64,000 nt of DNA, from the NCBI RefSeq assembly GCF_023055435.1, contig NW_025963779.1:30938001-31002000 (forward strand). The letters run 5' to 3'. A program made the translations under genes and the position numbers. Source of the DNA: Haliotis rufescens (taxonomy: Eukaryota). A model generated the notes under the pieces. That model saw nothing but the letters and a program-made list of their open reading frames with translations, was not told the origin of the DNA and did no database searches. Below, one piece after another: positions 1 to 12,604 of this stretch (positions are counted from its first letter, which is position 1; the number at the start of each line of letters is the position of its first letter).

Positions 1-719
1 AAGTTATATGCACACTAGTTGTGGAAACATTACCTTCATTGTGTACCATATATAACCTATTGGATATTAGGATATTAGCAATGTAATGTCTTTGTTTGTT
101 GTTTAAAGCCACAGTCAGCAATGTCCAGTATTTTTGGTACATGTAAGGGACCGGTCATTTATCACAGGGGTGGGTCAGACTGTCATATATTTAGGTGACC
201 CTCCTCTGTTCTTTTATATATGACCCTTATAATAAATGGCTGGTCCTTTAACATTATTGGACCTTTGAAGATCAGGGTAAGAATTCTTCAACAACCCATT
301 CTTGTCGTAAGGGATCGGGTGGCCAGCTTCTTGACTTTGATGATGCATGAAATCGTATCCAAATTGTGTAGATTAAATCAAAGATGGTGATGTCAATAAC
401 TGGATTGTCTGGTATAGACTTGATTGTTTACAGACCACCTTCATATAGCTGTTATATTGCTGAGTGCGACATTAAACAACAAACAAATAGTTCTACCGTA
501 CAAGCCCAAAGGATCCATAACAAAGAAAAAGTTGACTGCCTTGTGCCAGGAGGGGAGTGACTAACATGTCCATCTGGGTATCATAAATTTAATGTAGAGT
601 TTCTTGATGGAAACTGCAAATAATATTGATAGAAACAAATAACTCCATTGAAATTGAAATGGAGCCCCAGTGAGATGGGAGATTCTTGACTTGCTTCATT
701 TCGGCCTTTTGCATTAAAG

Positions 720-1039
720 CAGTGTTCGAAATACCTGCCTGCCCGACCGTCCGAGACGGGTTGATTTCAACTCGGGCTGCCAGATTTTCAAATCCCCCTG
801 CCCGACAGTCCGGTTATATTTCATATGTAAAAATATTCTAAATATTTCCCGATGATAAGCATTATTTACATGATGTATTCTAGGATATTAAATACAAATC
901 TGACCTAAAAAGTGTTTGTTTAAATTATCCTGAGAAACATATGATTATAGTGGGCAGGCAGGTTTTGGTCAGGGCTGGCAAGTATTTCAGCTAGCCAGTC
1001 CTGTGGTCTGGCTGAAAATTTTGGGAGTATCATACCCTG
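720..1039. mobile_element. MITE with CAG...CTG termini and 7-bp TSD (P-superfamily-like), copy 1
   Basis: Inverted near-identical copy at 11629-11942. Imperfect TIR CAGTGTTCGAAA/CAGGGTATGA; TSD ATTAAAG. Confidence 0.75.
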
Positions 1040-1191
1040 ATTAAAGAAGGGCTGGGCGAAAGGGAAAATAGTATGGTTCTGGGACTCTGAGACAGAAGGA
1101 TAATACACATTATGCTTTGACTGGGTAGTGAGGCATACCCTTCCCTTGGAGCTGGATATAGGAACTTGACTAGAGTCTTAAAGGCACTTAG

Positions 1192-1362
1192 AGTGAGTGA
1201 GTTTGGTTTTACGCTGCTTTTAGCAATATTCCAGCAATATCACGGCGGGGGACACCAGAAATGGGCTTCACACATTGAAGTTTGAACCCATGTTGGAATT
1301 CGAACCTGGGTATTCGGCGTGACGAGCGAACGCTTTGACCAGTAGGCTACCTGACCGCCCCC
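1192..1362 (-). mobile_element. tRNA-derived SINE family 1
   Basis: Reverse copy of 8858-9029; TSD CTTAAAGGCACTTAG. Confidence 0.85.
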
Positions 1363-2771
1363 TTAAACTTAAAGGCACTTAGAAATGGGATATAGTATGA
1401 CAAGGCATGTATGAATAACAGTTTCCTTGTTACACATACACATCCCCTGGATCACAAATTTAATGTTTAGTTTCTTGATGGAAATTGAATGGCAATTGAA
1501 TCTAACCAATCAATGACAGCAGAATTGAACATGTGCATATACTAGGGCTGGGACAAGTTCAAATTAACTACCCAGGTACCTGACCCTACCCCGGCACCTG
1601 CTGTAAGTCTCAAGAGTTGGATACCAAATGTCTGATTGGGAATTGTTTTACCAGAGCCCTGGCCAAAACTATTCAGCTACATGTATAAACGCATGATAAA
1701 ACGAAATGATAATGCACAGATAAAGTTGACCGAAGCCTTATCTTTACTCAAACATGTAAAAGTCAGAAGGAATGGGTGAACAGAAAGAAATGTTAATACT
1801 AGTAACTTATATTGTAACCATGAAGTTTCATTGTAATAATGTTATTATGATGAAAAAGATAGGCTATGTGGCTAACCAGTCGTGTGGGTACCCAGGTCTG
1901 GCCAGCCCAGGAGCTATCTATCCTGAGTACCAAAGTTACCCAGCCCAGCCCATGCAAGTATGTAAAATAAAGAAATTGTTATCAATAATACTCATTGTTC
2001 TTATCGATAATGATATAGAAAAATGTAAAATGAAAAGTTATTAAATTCATGAAAACATATGCAGTCATGTTTGTTTGTTGTTTACACCACACTCAGCAAT
2101 AAATCCAGCTGTATGACGGCGGTCTGTACTTAATTGAGTCTGGACCAGTCAATCCAGAGATTGATATCATGAACATCGATATACGCAATTGGGATACGAT
2201 GTCATCCAACAAACAGGTCAGAGAGCCTCACCTCTTACGACAAGAATAGTTGCCGTGTACGCAAAGCATGGGTTGCTAACTTGAAGACCTTTTCTAATCA
2301 AGAACTTGACAGGTCCAATGCAGTCATGACGTATTTAGACGACCATATAAACTGTGATTCAGTGAGTCATACTGTGGTGTCATTTGTGGGCATTTTAAAG
2401 AGACAACTCTGAAATCACATTTACAAATTATATAACGAAAACGGAAACATCCGATGAATTACTGCGACTTACGGTATATGGGCGCGGGCCTGATGATAAA
2501 AAACAGGTATCAACCTGCTGTTACTACACTCGTCGGTTCAAATATCAATTTTTTCTTATATTACTCATAAATAGGCGACTTAACAGTGACAGTCACAGGA
2601 TATAGTGCGTCTATTTTTATACCTTACCTTACACAACACAAACCTGACCCTACTAGGCGAGTAGCTGTTCGTTGCAAAACAAGCATAGTGACTTTCGCTA
2701 CATGATTATTGTCATATAAAAACAACCTAATAAACTTAATCCAAAAGACGTTGCAGTTTCTTTCCACTCAC

Positions 2772-2835
2772 AGACAGCTTTTCCTCAAAGTAAACGCTCC
2801 CTGCTAACACTTCGTGCCTGCCGCCATATTGTTTT
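2772..2835 (-). promoter_or_regulatory. Probable TSS region / non-coding first exon of a minus-strand gene running off the left edge
   Basis: YY1-type AATATGGCGGC on the minus strand (~2820-2830) followed by donor-like GTGAGT (~2771), with an alternative AG|GTAAGG at ~2627. A possible micro-exon at 56-34 reads ATG GTA CAC AAT GAA G|gtaatg. Confidence 0.3.
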
Positions 2836-3574
2836 TGTCACATGACTGTCACGAGGATATCAAATGTCAGTTGATTTGAACACTGAGCGTGCTCAGCGCA
2901 GTTGCACGAGTTCAAATCTCAGCTGTCTTGGGGACAATCATTTAATGATCTATTTTGTCTTTGTCAGTTATTTCCTCTTACTTCGTAATAATAAACCATT
3001 CCAGTGTCTTGTTGTCTTTTGAATATGCGAGGATTTATTTATCTTCGCTGATGATAAATGAAGCCCCTCCGCCTATCTGGTCTAATTTAATTTTGGGGGG
3101 TTATAGCATGCCTTAACCCACAACATTGAAGGGGCACTAATCTAAAGCAATTCCCCGGGACTGGTTGTTGCCTTTGTTATTGTTTCCCAGTTAAAATAAG
3201 CTCACTAATTAATTTTCGCCATGCTGGTCACACCTAATTAATGGATGGACAGGTGTGAGGTGAAATGTGTGTTATGTAATATGCACGGTGCAGCCAATCA
3301 AGAGATGAATGATCAGTTGATTTACTTTTTTGTGAATCAACGGAACGTTCCTTGTCATCAACGGATTAACAGAAAATACGTTGATTGATTAATCACAGTT
3401 ATCTTGCACAATTGATATGTCAAAAGTGAGTGTTTACATGTCAAGGTTTACTAAAGCAGACGGAATACACTCATATCATGGCGTGAAGTGCCGATGTAAA
3501 AACAACATGCTTTGTTCAAAGGGTTAACCGATAATACGTTGATTAATTGCTCAAAAAAAAATAAAAAAAAATAC

Positions 3575-4198
3575 TAAATGATGTCGGACTGTCAGAAATA
3601 TTCATAAACCCGTCTATTTGCTCTACTTCATGGCTGGTTTCAAAGGTCGAGAGAACTCTTAAAGACCAATTTATTCAACAGTGGCGAGAATCTATTTTAT
3701 CAAGTTCAAAAGGTTTATACTACCAACATTTAAAAGAATTACCAAAATTCGAAAAATGTCTATTACTTCCCAAAACTATCTACTTGCCAATTTTACAATT
3801 TCGCACATCTAATAATCATTTGCCCATTGAAACCGGCCGATGGAGAGGGTTACTGAGAGAAGACCGTGTCTGTACACTATGCAATTCATCTGCTGTTGGA
3901 GACGAATTTCACTATCTTTTTAGGTGTGAAGTACTTCTCCAACAACGACTTCTCTACATCCCACAGAATTGTTATATCTGGCCAAATATGTGTAAATTGC
4001 GTAAAACGATATCACCTAAAAATATATCCACTTTGAAACATCTGTCCAGATTCATCATAAATTTGAACTCATTATTGCGTTAAGGTGTCTAATTTTATTT
4101 CTTTTGATGATGATGATGATGATTATTTTTATTACTTTATTTGCTTAATTTTTATTTATTTTAGGCTTGTTACCATCTTGATCTGCATTGTATATTAT

Positions 4199-4273
<75 letters not shown>

Positions 4274-4330
4274 TCTTGTACTACCGTTGGTGTTTTTTCA
4301 GAGAAATAAACTGAAACTGAAACTGAAACT
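3575..4330 (+). mobile_element. 5'-truncated LINE 3' end (C-terminal zinc-finger region of ORF2 plus 3'UTR)
   Basis: FRTSNNHLPIETGRW....REDRVCTLCN...VGDEFHYLFRC motif; AATAAA followed by a (CTGAAA)n tail. Confidence 0.8.
4205..4272. repeat. (TA)n microsatellite
   Basis: Seen directly in the sequence. Confidence 0.95.
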
Positions 4331-7300
4331 GTTATCTAACGCAATGGGTTTTTTTAGGAACCGTGGACGTTATGAAAATAGTTGTCACGTGGGCTTTCTC
4401 AGCCGACCTTTGAGACTTGACACCAATGTGAAACACCTGAAACAATCTAAGTGATCAGTTGAGAAACGAACACGGGTTATAATATCCCGAAACGATATAT
4501 ATATTTTAAAATACTTGATTGTTACAGAGCCACGTGACATGGAATAAGTTTCTTTGTACAGCTGCAGACGTGTGGGATATTGTTCCTTTGTGTGGATATT
4601 CACGGATACATTCCTCGAAGAAGGAAACTGCCTAAAATTATGCACATAAATTTGTTAGGTTATTATTATGATATTTGCTTTTTGTTTTCCTTCATTTGCT
4701 GTAGCATTGAACAGATTCATTCTTGTTCCTCTTGGTTGGGAAATTCTTCGATGCGCGATAGACGTTGTTTTCACAAGTCTTTTTTTTTTGTAAGCGTGTA
4801 TAATATTACAGTCAATTTGTAAAATGTTATTCTCTCAGGCAATTTGAAAAATGTGTAAATCTGTCCATTTCTTTAACAGATTGACTAAAATTGATTAGGA
4901 CGATCAAAAGGGCCTAAAAACAACTCAATAGATTATTATGTAGATTGGATTAGAAGCCAAACAATATAGAAATGTACTTTTCATCGTAACATTTACAGTC
5001 TCTTGGTGATGATATTAAACATAAAAATCTTTGGAATTCGTTTTATATAAATAATACAGATGGACATATTTTTCAGTCACTTTGTAAAATAACTGAATAT
5101 TTAGGCGTTTAATAAATTTCCTTAGTGACAATTTTTCACATTTTGACTGTAAAAATATATACACGATAAAATAAGCAATACTCAAGAGAAATATTTACTT
5201 GGTGTTGCAAGTCAAAATAGTGTAAACGAAAATCGCACAATTACCAAGCAAGTGACTTATCAAAACTTCGTCATCATTATCGATGCTACCCACAAAGATA
5301 CCTACATTTCCTTATCATTTCCAAAACTGTATTTCATTTTATTGATCAATGTGACCATACGCCGTTATACTATCAATAAAAGTGGCAAATGCGCTTACGA
5401 ATTGCGCAGCACAGGTCGCGAACTAGTCTAGATTTCTACTGTATCGTCCGGGTACTCACGGGAAAAAACAATAACAAAGGCAACAACCAGTCCCGGGGAA
5501 TTGCTTTAGATCAGTGCCCCTTTAGTACCAGCGATCATTAAAGAAATATTATAATTTCGCATTTCAATCCATCTTTTGATGCCTTGCTCAAATTTTATAA
5601 CAGTGGCGAACTTCTAATTAGCCTGATAGTTAGTCAACACCGTGTGGATTCCGGGAAGGCATATCTAAAGGTCCCCAGCAACCCATGCTTGACGAAAAAG
5701 GCGACTAAATAGATCGGGTTGTCAGACTCGGTGACTTGATATATCATATCCCAAATGCGTGGATCGATGCTCATATGATGCCAATCACTAGATCCAAAGA
5801 CGTATATACAATCAAAATACGTCTTGTTCGATCTAACAAATGCTATATTTGGGATAACCCTTCCTTAGTAAAGTACAAGTTCTAGTACTTCTTAAATTGT
5901 GGATGAGTCCCGTCCGGGATTCGGACCCACACACTCAGAGTGAGGCACCTAATCGCCAGCACACAGTCAGCAATCTAACCCACTCAGCCGCCGAGGCTTC
6001 CACAAAAATGAACGTTCGACACCTGTAGTTTACATGTAGATGACGTACCTCGTGTACCCCTCTGAGAAGTGTAAATTGGCACGTGTTCACACGACTTCCA
6101 TGGCCGAAAGCTATGAATACAAATTGCCATTTAGAAAGTGGTCAAATTGAACAAATGTTATATTTGGGATAACACTTCCTTTCTAAGTGGCATTATGTAT
6201 TCAATCAACGGATTGTCTGGTCCAGACTCGATTATTCATAGACCACCTCCATATATATGCGAATATTGCTATGCGCATTAAACAACAAACAAATAAAAGA
6301 AAACTAATAATCAGCCAAGATGACGCCTTGCATTGGAGAAACAAGGAATATATAAAGAATGACATATACTTACATTTCCACCGTGTCCTACCGCACTGCA
6401 CGTCAGGGAAGATGTGACCGCACACGCTTCTCGTTCTGTCAACTAGTTATGTTATCTAGCCAATCGGTAATCAAGGAACCGCTATTTCTAAATCAATAAA
6501 ACATAATTACGTTTCAGAGTCACAATCGATCCGTTACGACTCATGTCCTGCTTGCACTTGACTTCTGATACCAAACATGTCGTACTCGGTTGCAATATAG
6601 GGCTCCATTTCGTTCAAATCTCCCGCACCCATACATGCCGTAAAAGACGACTAAGCTTTAAAATTCGTAGTAAAAGGGGCGACTAACGGGATCTGGTGGT
6701 CAGGCTCGCTGACTTGGTTGATGCATGTCATATCGTATCCCTATCATGTAGATCGATGCTCAAGATGTCAATCACTAGATTGTCTGGCTCAGACTCGATT
6801 ATTTACAGACCGCCGTCATAAAGGTGGAATATTGCTGAGTGCGGCGTTAAACAAAATCAAATCTCTCAGTTTGTATGTCTAATCTGACAAATAAATCGAC
6901 CAACGTGTGAAAACATTTCACATTAATCTCTTTTTGAGTGAGCGACTGCAGGCCTACCAAAGAAAACCACCAGAGCTGGAATATGTACAGTTGTTTTAAA
7001 CTTAACTTGCTGTGCGTGGTAACATTGGAAGTGTGGCTATTTCAATTTTAAGTGTGTACATATTCCATAGTTTGGTAGTTCTCTATTGGTGTTCTTTGGT
7101 AGGCCTGGATTGTTTCCGGTTCCATGCCGCTTTGAACATCGGGGCGATAGCTAAAGTTGGAAGGTTCAATTAAGGGATCAACGTCAGGGTCTTGGGGTCG
7201 AACCATCAACCTTTGGTCGTTGAACCCAACTCCACGATACGGAAACATATACAGATATCATCACAGAACATGCCAGGAACGTATGCTCGCAGGTTCGAAT

Positions 7301-7384
7301 CCCAGATTCGTCCTGACAATGTATTCAACACCATACCCTCTTTGGTTTCACCATTAATTCTCAGATCCGTTACTCATTGCTGGT

Positions 7385-7628
7385 TGGTTTGGTTGGTTTG
7401 TTGTTTTACGCCGCACTCAGCAATATTCCAGCTATATGACGGCGGTCTGTAAATAATCGAGTCTGGACCAGACAATCCAGTGATTGATATCATGAGCATC
7501 GATTGACTCAATTGGGATGGATGACATGTATCAACCAAGTCAGCGAGCCTGACCACCCGATCCCGTTACGACAAGCATAGTCGCCATGGGTTACTGAAGA
7601 CCTATTCTATCCCGGATCTTCACGGGTC
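7385..7628 (-). mobile_element. SINE family 2
   Basis: Reverse copy abutting a family 3 copy (7627-7883). Confidence 0.8.
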
Positions 7629-7918
7629 CCAGTCGTCTAAGGCGCCGCAAGTCGCGTCCCTTGGACACGACAGAAACCTATGATTGTGGGTTCGAATCCC
7701 GGTCCGCCCCGATTATGTTTCTAGGTTTGTCAGCACAATCCCCGTGCTCGTGGGTTTCACCGAAGGGGTAAACGGCTAAGACCTGCATCACTTCGGGTTT
7801 TCCTCCCACATTAAGCTGACACGCCACGATATAACTTGAATAATGTAAAAAGCGGCGTTAAACCGAACTCACTCACTCACTCATTGTTTGCGAGACTCGA
7901 CATTTCGAAATCAGGATT

Positions 7919-10900
7919 TTATTGAATGCAAGAAGCTACGTATCCCGTGAGTCCGACAATGGCTTCAAACAGAAGAAAGGACACTAGTAACAGCAGACTG
8001 TACAGGTATATTGAGACATGATGTAGACTCCGGAACTGGAATACTGCAACCGGTTGCCGTAACTTGTTTGCGTTTTCAAAAACCGTTAGGTTAAAGCCAG
8101 ATCTTTGAGACGGGGAGTTATAATCCAGATCCGGAATATGTGACTCTTCCCATGGGAACAGGTAGAACTGGTACCGGTGTATTCCTCTAGGTGGCGCTGG
8201 GGGATGATAATCTGAAAGCGGATCAGTGTATAGATTACAGTATATTCACTAACAACGTCTCGCCTTCAGCGTGACTCCTATATTCGCCGAGAGTCTTTCC
8301 GTATCGTACAAGGTCTATATGAGGAAAATGTGGTATCATGTAAATTTTAATTGGCAAGTATAATAATATTTTCTATTCGTGATATGCAACAATTACGATG
8401 CGGAAACACGGGTAGTAATCTCTTTATGACTTAAATAATCGACGTTGAAGCTAACCCGTGAAGATCCGGGGTAGAATAGGTCTTCAGCAACCCATGCTTG
8501 CCGTAAAAGGCGACTATGCTTGTCGTAAGAGGCGATTAAGGGGATCGGATGGTTGGGCTCGCCCACTTGGTTGATGAATGTCATCGTATCCCATTTGCGT
8601 AGATCGATGCTTATGATATCAATCACTGCATGGATTGTCTGGACCAGACTCGATTATTTATAGACCGCCGTCATACAGCTGGAATATTGCTGAGTACGGC
8701 GTTAAACAACAAACAAACAAACAAACAAACCATAATGTCACTCAGACTTTGTAAATCCAATACAGCAAACAGCCCGATGTAGTGTACATGATTCGAAGCC
8801 ATGGTTGTGTACAGAAACTCACACACATTTAGAACCACCTTCCTTACATAATGGGAAGGGCGGTCGGGTAGCCTAGTGGTTAAAGCGTTCGCTCGTCACG
8901 CCGAAGACCCGGGTTCGATTCCCGACATGGGTACAATGTGTGAAGCCCATTTCTGGTGTCCCCCGCCGTGATATTGCTGGGATATTGCTAAAAGCGGCGT
9001 AAAACCATACTCACTCACTCACTCACTCACATAATGGGAAACGTCAGACAAACGTTTCTTAATCTAAGGAGAGGGGCGGTGGGTCAGCCTTGTGGTTAAA
9101 GCGTTCATGCCGAAGATCCGGGTTCGATTTCCCACATGGGAACAATGTGTGAAGCCCATTTATGGTGTACCCCCACTGATATTGTTGGAATATTGCTAAA
9201 AGCAGCGTAAAACTATACCCACTCACTTCTGCAAGGAGACATTTCATCGATGTATTGAGTTTATTAAAAGTGGTTCCTGCAAGCTAACCTCATCTACATA
9301 TTCATTTGTACGTTTATCTGATTGGTTTATGGCACTAATAACACTATAACTTAATAACAAGTGTCATCTGAAGATGACAAATCCTCCTGGTTCATCTTAA
9401 GCCCCTGGTTTATACAAGTAACAAGTTTGGGTGTAAAATCGTTCACGGTTTTACGGGGGGGGGGGGGGGGGAGGGGGGTAAAAATGTCCATGAACAAATT
9501 ACATTGTTAGCATTTTATATATTGTCGTATTATAAATTATAATCACAGGCGTATGTGTCATTTATCTATATATAATTACAGGGAAACCTCAACTCATAGA
9601 CAAGGGGTTTTGTACATATGTCGAGTAACCTAAAGTTTCAGAAAGGCATATTGCCTATACGTGACCATAGTGTCGATATGATATCTGCCGGGACGATACA
9701 GTTGCATAGTCTTAAACGATATATCGAGACAATGGCGTTCGAGTGAGCGAGTGAGTATGGTTTTACGCCGCTTCACACAATGTTCCTATGTCGGGAATCG
9801 AACCCGGGTCTTCGGCGTGACGAGCGAACGCTTTAACCACTAGTCTACCCGACCGCCCCCAATGGCGTTCGAGTTAACAAGTTTTCACTGTAAGTAAGGA
9901 AGCAAAACTGGACTTACATAAACACATGTTAGTAAATTAAAATAGTGTGTACAAGTCAAACGTTTAGTTGGGTTTTGTGTGGCGGAAGAGTCATTTATGT
10001 TTGGAACGAGGTTTCACTTGAATGAAATCACCACCAGAAGAAAACATTAACCGTTATTTCACGAGCCAGGCAACCGACTTACTGAGCATATTTCTTTCCG
10101 GAACCAATACACCTTTGATCTGCAAAATATGCAAACAACATTTTAAATTATTGATGTTTTACGTGATGAACTATCAAGATATCTACACGAATCGACGGAT
10201 ATTACAGTCGTCATATGTACACCCCATGCTTGCCATAAAAGGCATCTAAGCTTGTCGTAAGAGATCGGGTGGTCAGGCTCGCTGACTTGGTAGATGCATG
10301 TCATCGTATACCAATTGCGTGGATCGATGCTCATGATGTCAGTCACTGAATTGTCTGGTCCAGATTCGATTATTTACAAACTGCACTCATATAGCTGGAA
10401 TATTACTGAGTGCGGCGTTAAACAACACACAAACAAAAAAATGTAAAAAGCGCGAGTTGATTTTCGAGTAAAGGAAGCGGACCTAAATGCCCTTAACATG
10501 GCTTTTCAGAGATCTGATTTTAATGATGAATGCCGCCATAAAATATCTTATTTTCACGCGGAGCGGGAGAGATAAATATCCACTTCATGTCCGACATCAG
10601 GTTTTTGTGTGTGTAAATTCAAATATTCGGTTGTTTTCTGAAGACGTAAGACATATAAGATATAGTGTATAAACTAGGTTGTAATTAGTTAAAAAAAACT
10701 GTCCACCTGAACGTAAGTTTAGGTTAATGGAATAAACAGTCGCTATAAAATGAGATCTTTATTTTGCCCCGATACCTCTCTCGGCCAAATCTCCTTAAAT
10801 ATCAGATTTAAATGTTATTGATCAAATACTTTAAAAAAACATAAAAATAAATAAATTAAAAAAAATAATGATAGTTTAAAAGGAAGATTATGTGAGTGTG

Positions 10901-12604
10901 TAAAGAGCCACCCAAACTGTATATACATGTAGTTGAGTAGAAACCACGTGAATTGCATGATTTGCGACCCCCAGTGGAATAAAAGTTTGCACAGGGCAAT
11001 CAAGCTCCATTCCAGAATAAACCACAGGCCCTTGTTTCGTTGCTGATATATTTCCAGATAAATTAATATCAGAAAAAGATAATTACTAGAGGATCGTGAT
11101 TTTCTGACACAATGACCTGTGAATAAATTGGTCAGCTTAATCCTAAGCAATGCGGTCTGGCGACAGTTTACAATTTGCACATCATTGGCACAAGTCTTAG
11201 GAAACTTACGCCAGTCACAATGACAACGTAATGTAGAATATGCTCCATTGTTACGTCGGGCGGTGCGCAGGGGAAAGGTGCATCAGGGTCAATCATGATC
11301 AACAGGTAAGGCTGGCTCTACAAGGGAAAACCAACAAAGAAAAATGAATGATCGTCTTCTATATGTACAGCTGATTCTAACATTGTTTTAGGCACCGTTT
11401 CAACATTTTTACCAGCAACTTACAAACCTTGTTTTCTGTTTCAGACAGCAATAGGCCATAAACTTAATTTTTGTTTGGTTGTTTTTTCTTTAAAAAAAGT
11501 AAAGTTTTTAAAAGCATTTTTTTCTGAAAGCAGGGACAAATTATATCTGAGATTTGGATACCTGCATGTAATTAAGTATGATGCCAACAAGCTAGCAAGA
11601 AATCCGTGACGATCCGGGTAAGAATAGGCAGGGTATGAAACTCCCAAAAATTTCAGCCAGACTACAGGACTGGCTAGCTGAAATACTTGCCAGCCCTGAC
11701 CAAAACCTGCCTGCCCACTATAATCATATGTTTCTCAGGATAAGCTAACGGGATTTCTTTTTGGTTACCTTTTTATCATTCATCTTTACATGTGAGTTAA
11801 TGATTATCATCGGGAAATATTTAGAATATTGTCACATATGAAATATAACCCGACCGTCGGGCAGGGGGATTTGAAAATCTGGCAGCCCGAGTTGAAATCA
11901 ACCCGTCTCGGACGGTCGGGCAGGCAGGTATTTCGAACACTGGAATAGGCCTTCATGCTTGTCGTAAAAGGTGACTATGCTTGAGGCTCGCTTACTTGAC
12001 TGATGCATGTCATCGTATCCCAGTTGTGTTAATCGATGCTCGTGATGTCAATCACTGGAATTTTGGATATAATATTCCTAACTTGTGATTTGATAATATT
12101 TTCAATAAAAATAAAAAATAAAATGGACTGAGGAGTATAGTTTCTGCTGCTCCTCAGTATATATCTGTTTCATTAAAATGACAATTCTTAGCTTCAATAA
12201 ATTGAATTCTTGGTGAATATCGACGTGCATTAGGATTGAGTCCAAGTTTTAAATACAGACTAAAATGAAAAATGGGCAAAGTGTAAAGCCTAGTATATCT
12301 ACCACGAACACGATAATAATACCTCTTTTGCATCCACGTAGCACACTTCGGGGACGTCCATGGCGTCATCACGAGAAACAACTTCATTACATTGTAGTCT
12401 TCGACCCCCGAACGATACGACCAGTTTTGTAGGGGCGGGAAGATCACATAGCTCGTTATCTTGGAAGCACTGATCCCGGGGGTGAGGCGACACGCTGACA
12501 TTCTGCAGGCACCCTCGGGGTAGGAATAGCGTCAGTATTAGAACACGGAGGAAGCGACACCGAATAGACAGTATCAAGTCCCCAACAGCCAGTCGCGCTA
12601 ACAT
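7919..12604 (-). CDS. PEBP-A: PEBP/RKIP-family protein (~239 aa) with an N-terminal signal-like segment and a C-terminal hydrophobic (TM/GPI-like) tail. Exons 12604-12323, 11317-11210, 10119-10083, 8211-7919
   Basis: Four GT-AG exons with consistent phases (0,0,1) give an open frame: MLARLAVGDLILSIRCRFLRVLILTLFLPRGC...DNELCDLPAPTKLVVSFGGRRLQCN...PEVCYVDAKE / SQPYLLIMIDPDAPFPCAPPDVTMEHILHYVVIVTG / IKGVLVPERNML / NYHPPAPPRGIHRYQFYLFPW...PVAVFQFRSLHHVSIYLYSLLLLVSFLLFEAIVGLTGYVASCIQ*. Contains the PEBP signatures DPDxP and P-x-PP-x-GxHRY. The 37-nt exon 3 is the same size as in paralogs C and D. Confidence 0.88.
8454..8730 (+). mobile_element. SINE family 2, full length (duplicated-hairpin subfamily)
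   Basis: ACCCGTGAAGATCCGGGGTAGAATAGGTCTTCAGCAACCC(ATGCTTGYCGTAARAGGCGAYT)x2 ... (CAAA)n. Confidence 0.88.
8858..9029 (+). mobile_element. tRNA-derived SINE family 1 (~170 bp), full length. Other copies at ~9073, 9745, 14580, 26715, 27535, 53893, 55438, 57214, 62380, 62974
   Basis: A box TAGCCTAGTGG, B box GGTTCGATTCC, GTC anticodon-like loop; tail GATATTGCTGG..AGCGGCGTAAAA(CACT)n; TSD CATAATGGGAA. Confidence 0.9.
11629..11942. mobile_element. Same P-like MITE, copy 2, inserted into a structured-head SINE in PEBP-A intron 1
   Basis: TSD GAATAGG; the insertion splits the SINE head (..gatccgggtaagaatagg | gaataggccttcatgcttgtcg..). Confidence 0.75.

Larger units (their letters stand above)
3130..5521. 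mobile_element. Non-autonomous DNA transposon with ~60-bp TIRs (Kolobok-like), containing a nested LINE 3' end
   Basis: AGGGGCACTAATCTAAAGCAATTCCCCGGGACTGGTTGTTGCCTTTGTTATTG at 3130 and its reverse complement ending at 5521; flanks TTGA/TTAG resemble a TTAA target. Confidence 0.65.

Noticed and set aside
7048-7310. 66-aa minus-strand ORF with protein-like composition downstream of PEBP-A (possible cytoplasmic-tail exon)
   Set aside because: There is an in-frame stop just upstream of the ATG, no convincing donor in PEBP-A exon 4, and no recognisable motif, so it cannot be supported without RNA data.
8858-8935. Apparent tRNA-Asp genes
   Set aside because: They are SINE heads: the acceptor stem is not closed, and they are multi-copy with a shared body/tail and TSDs.
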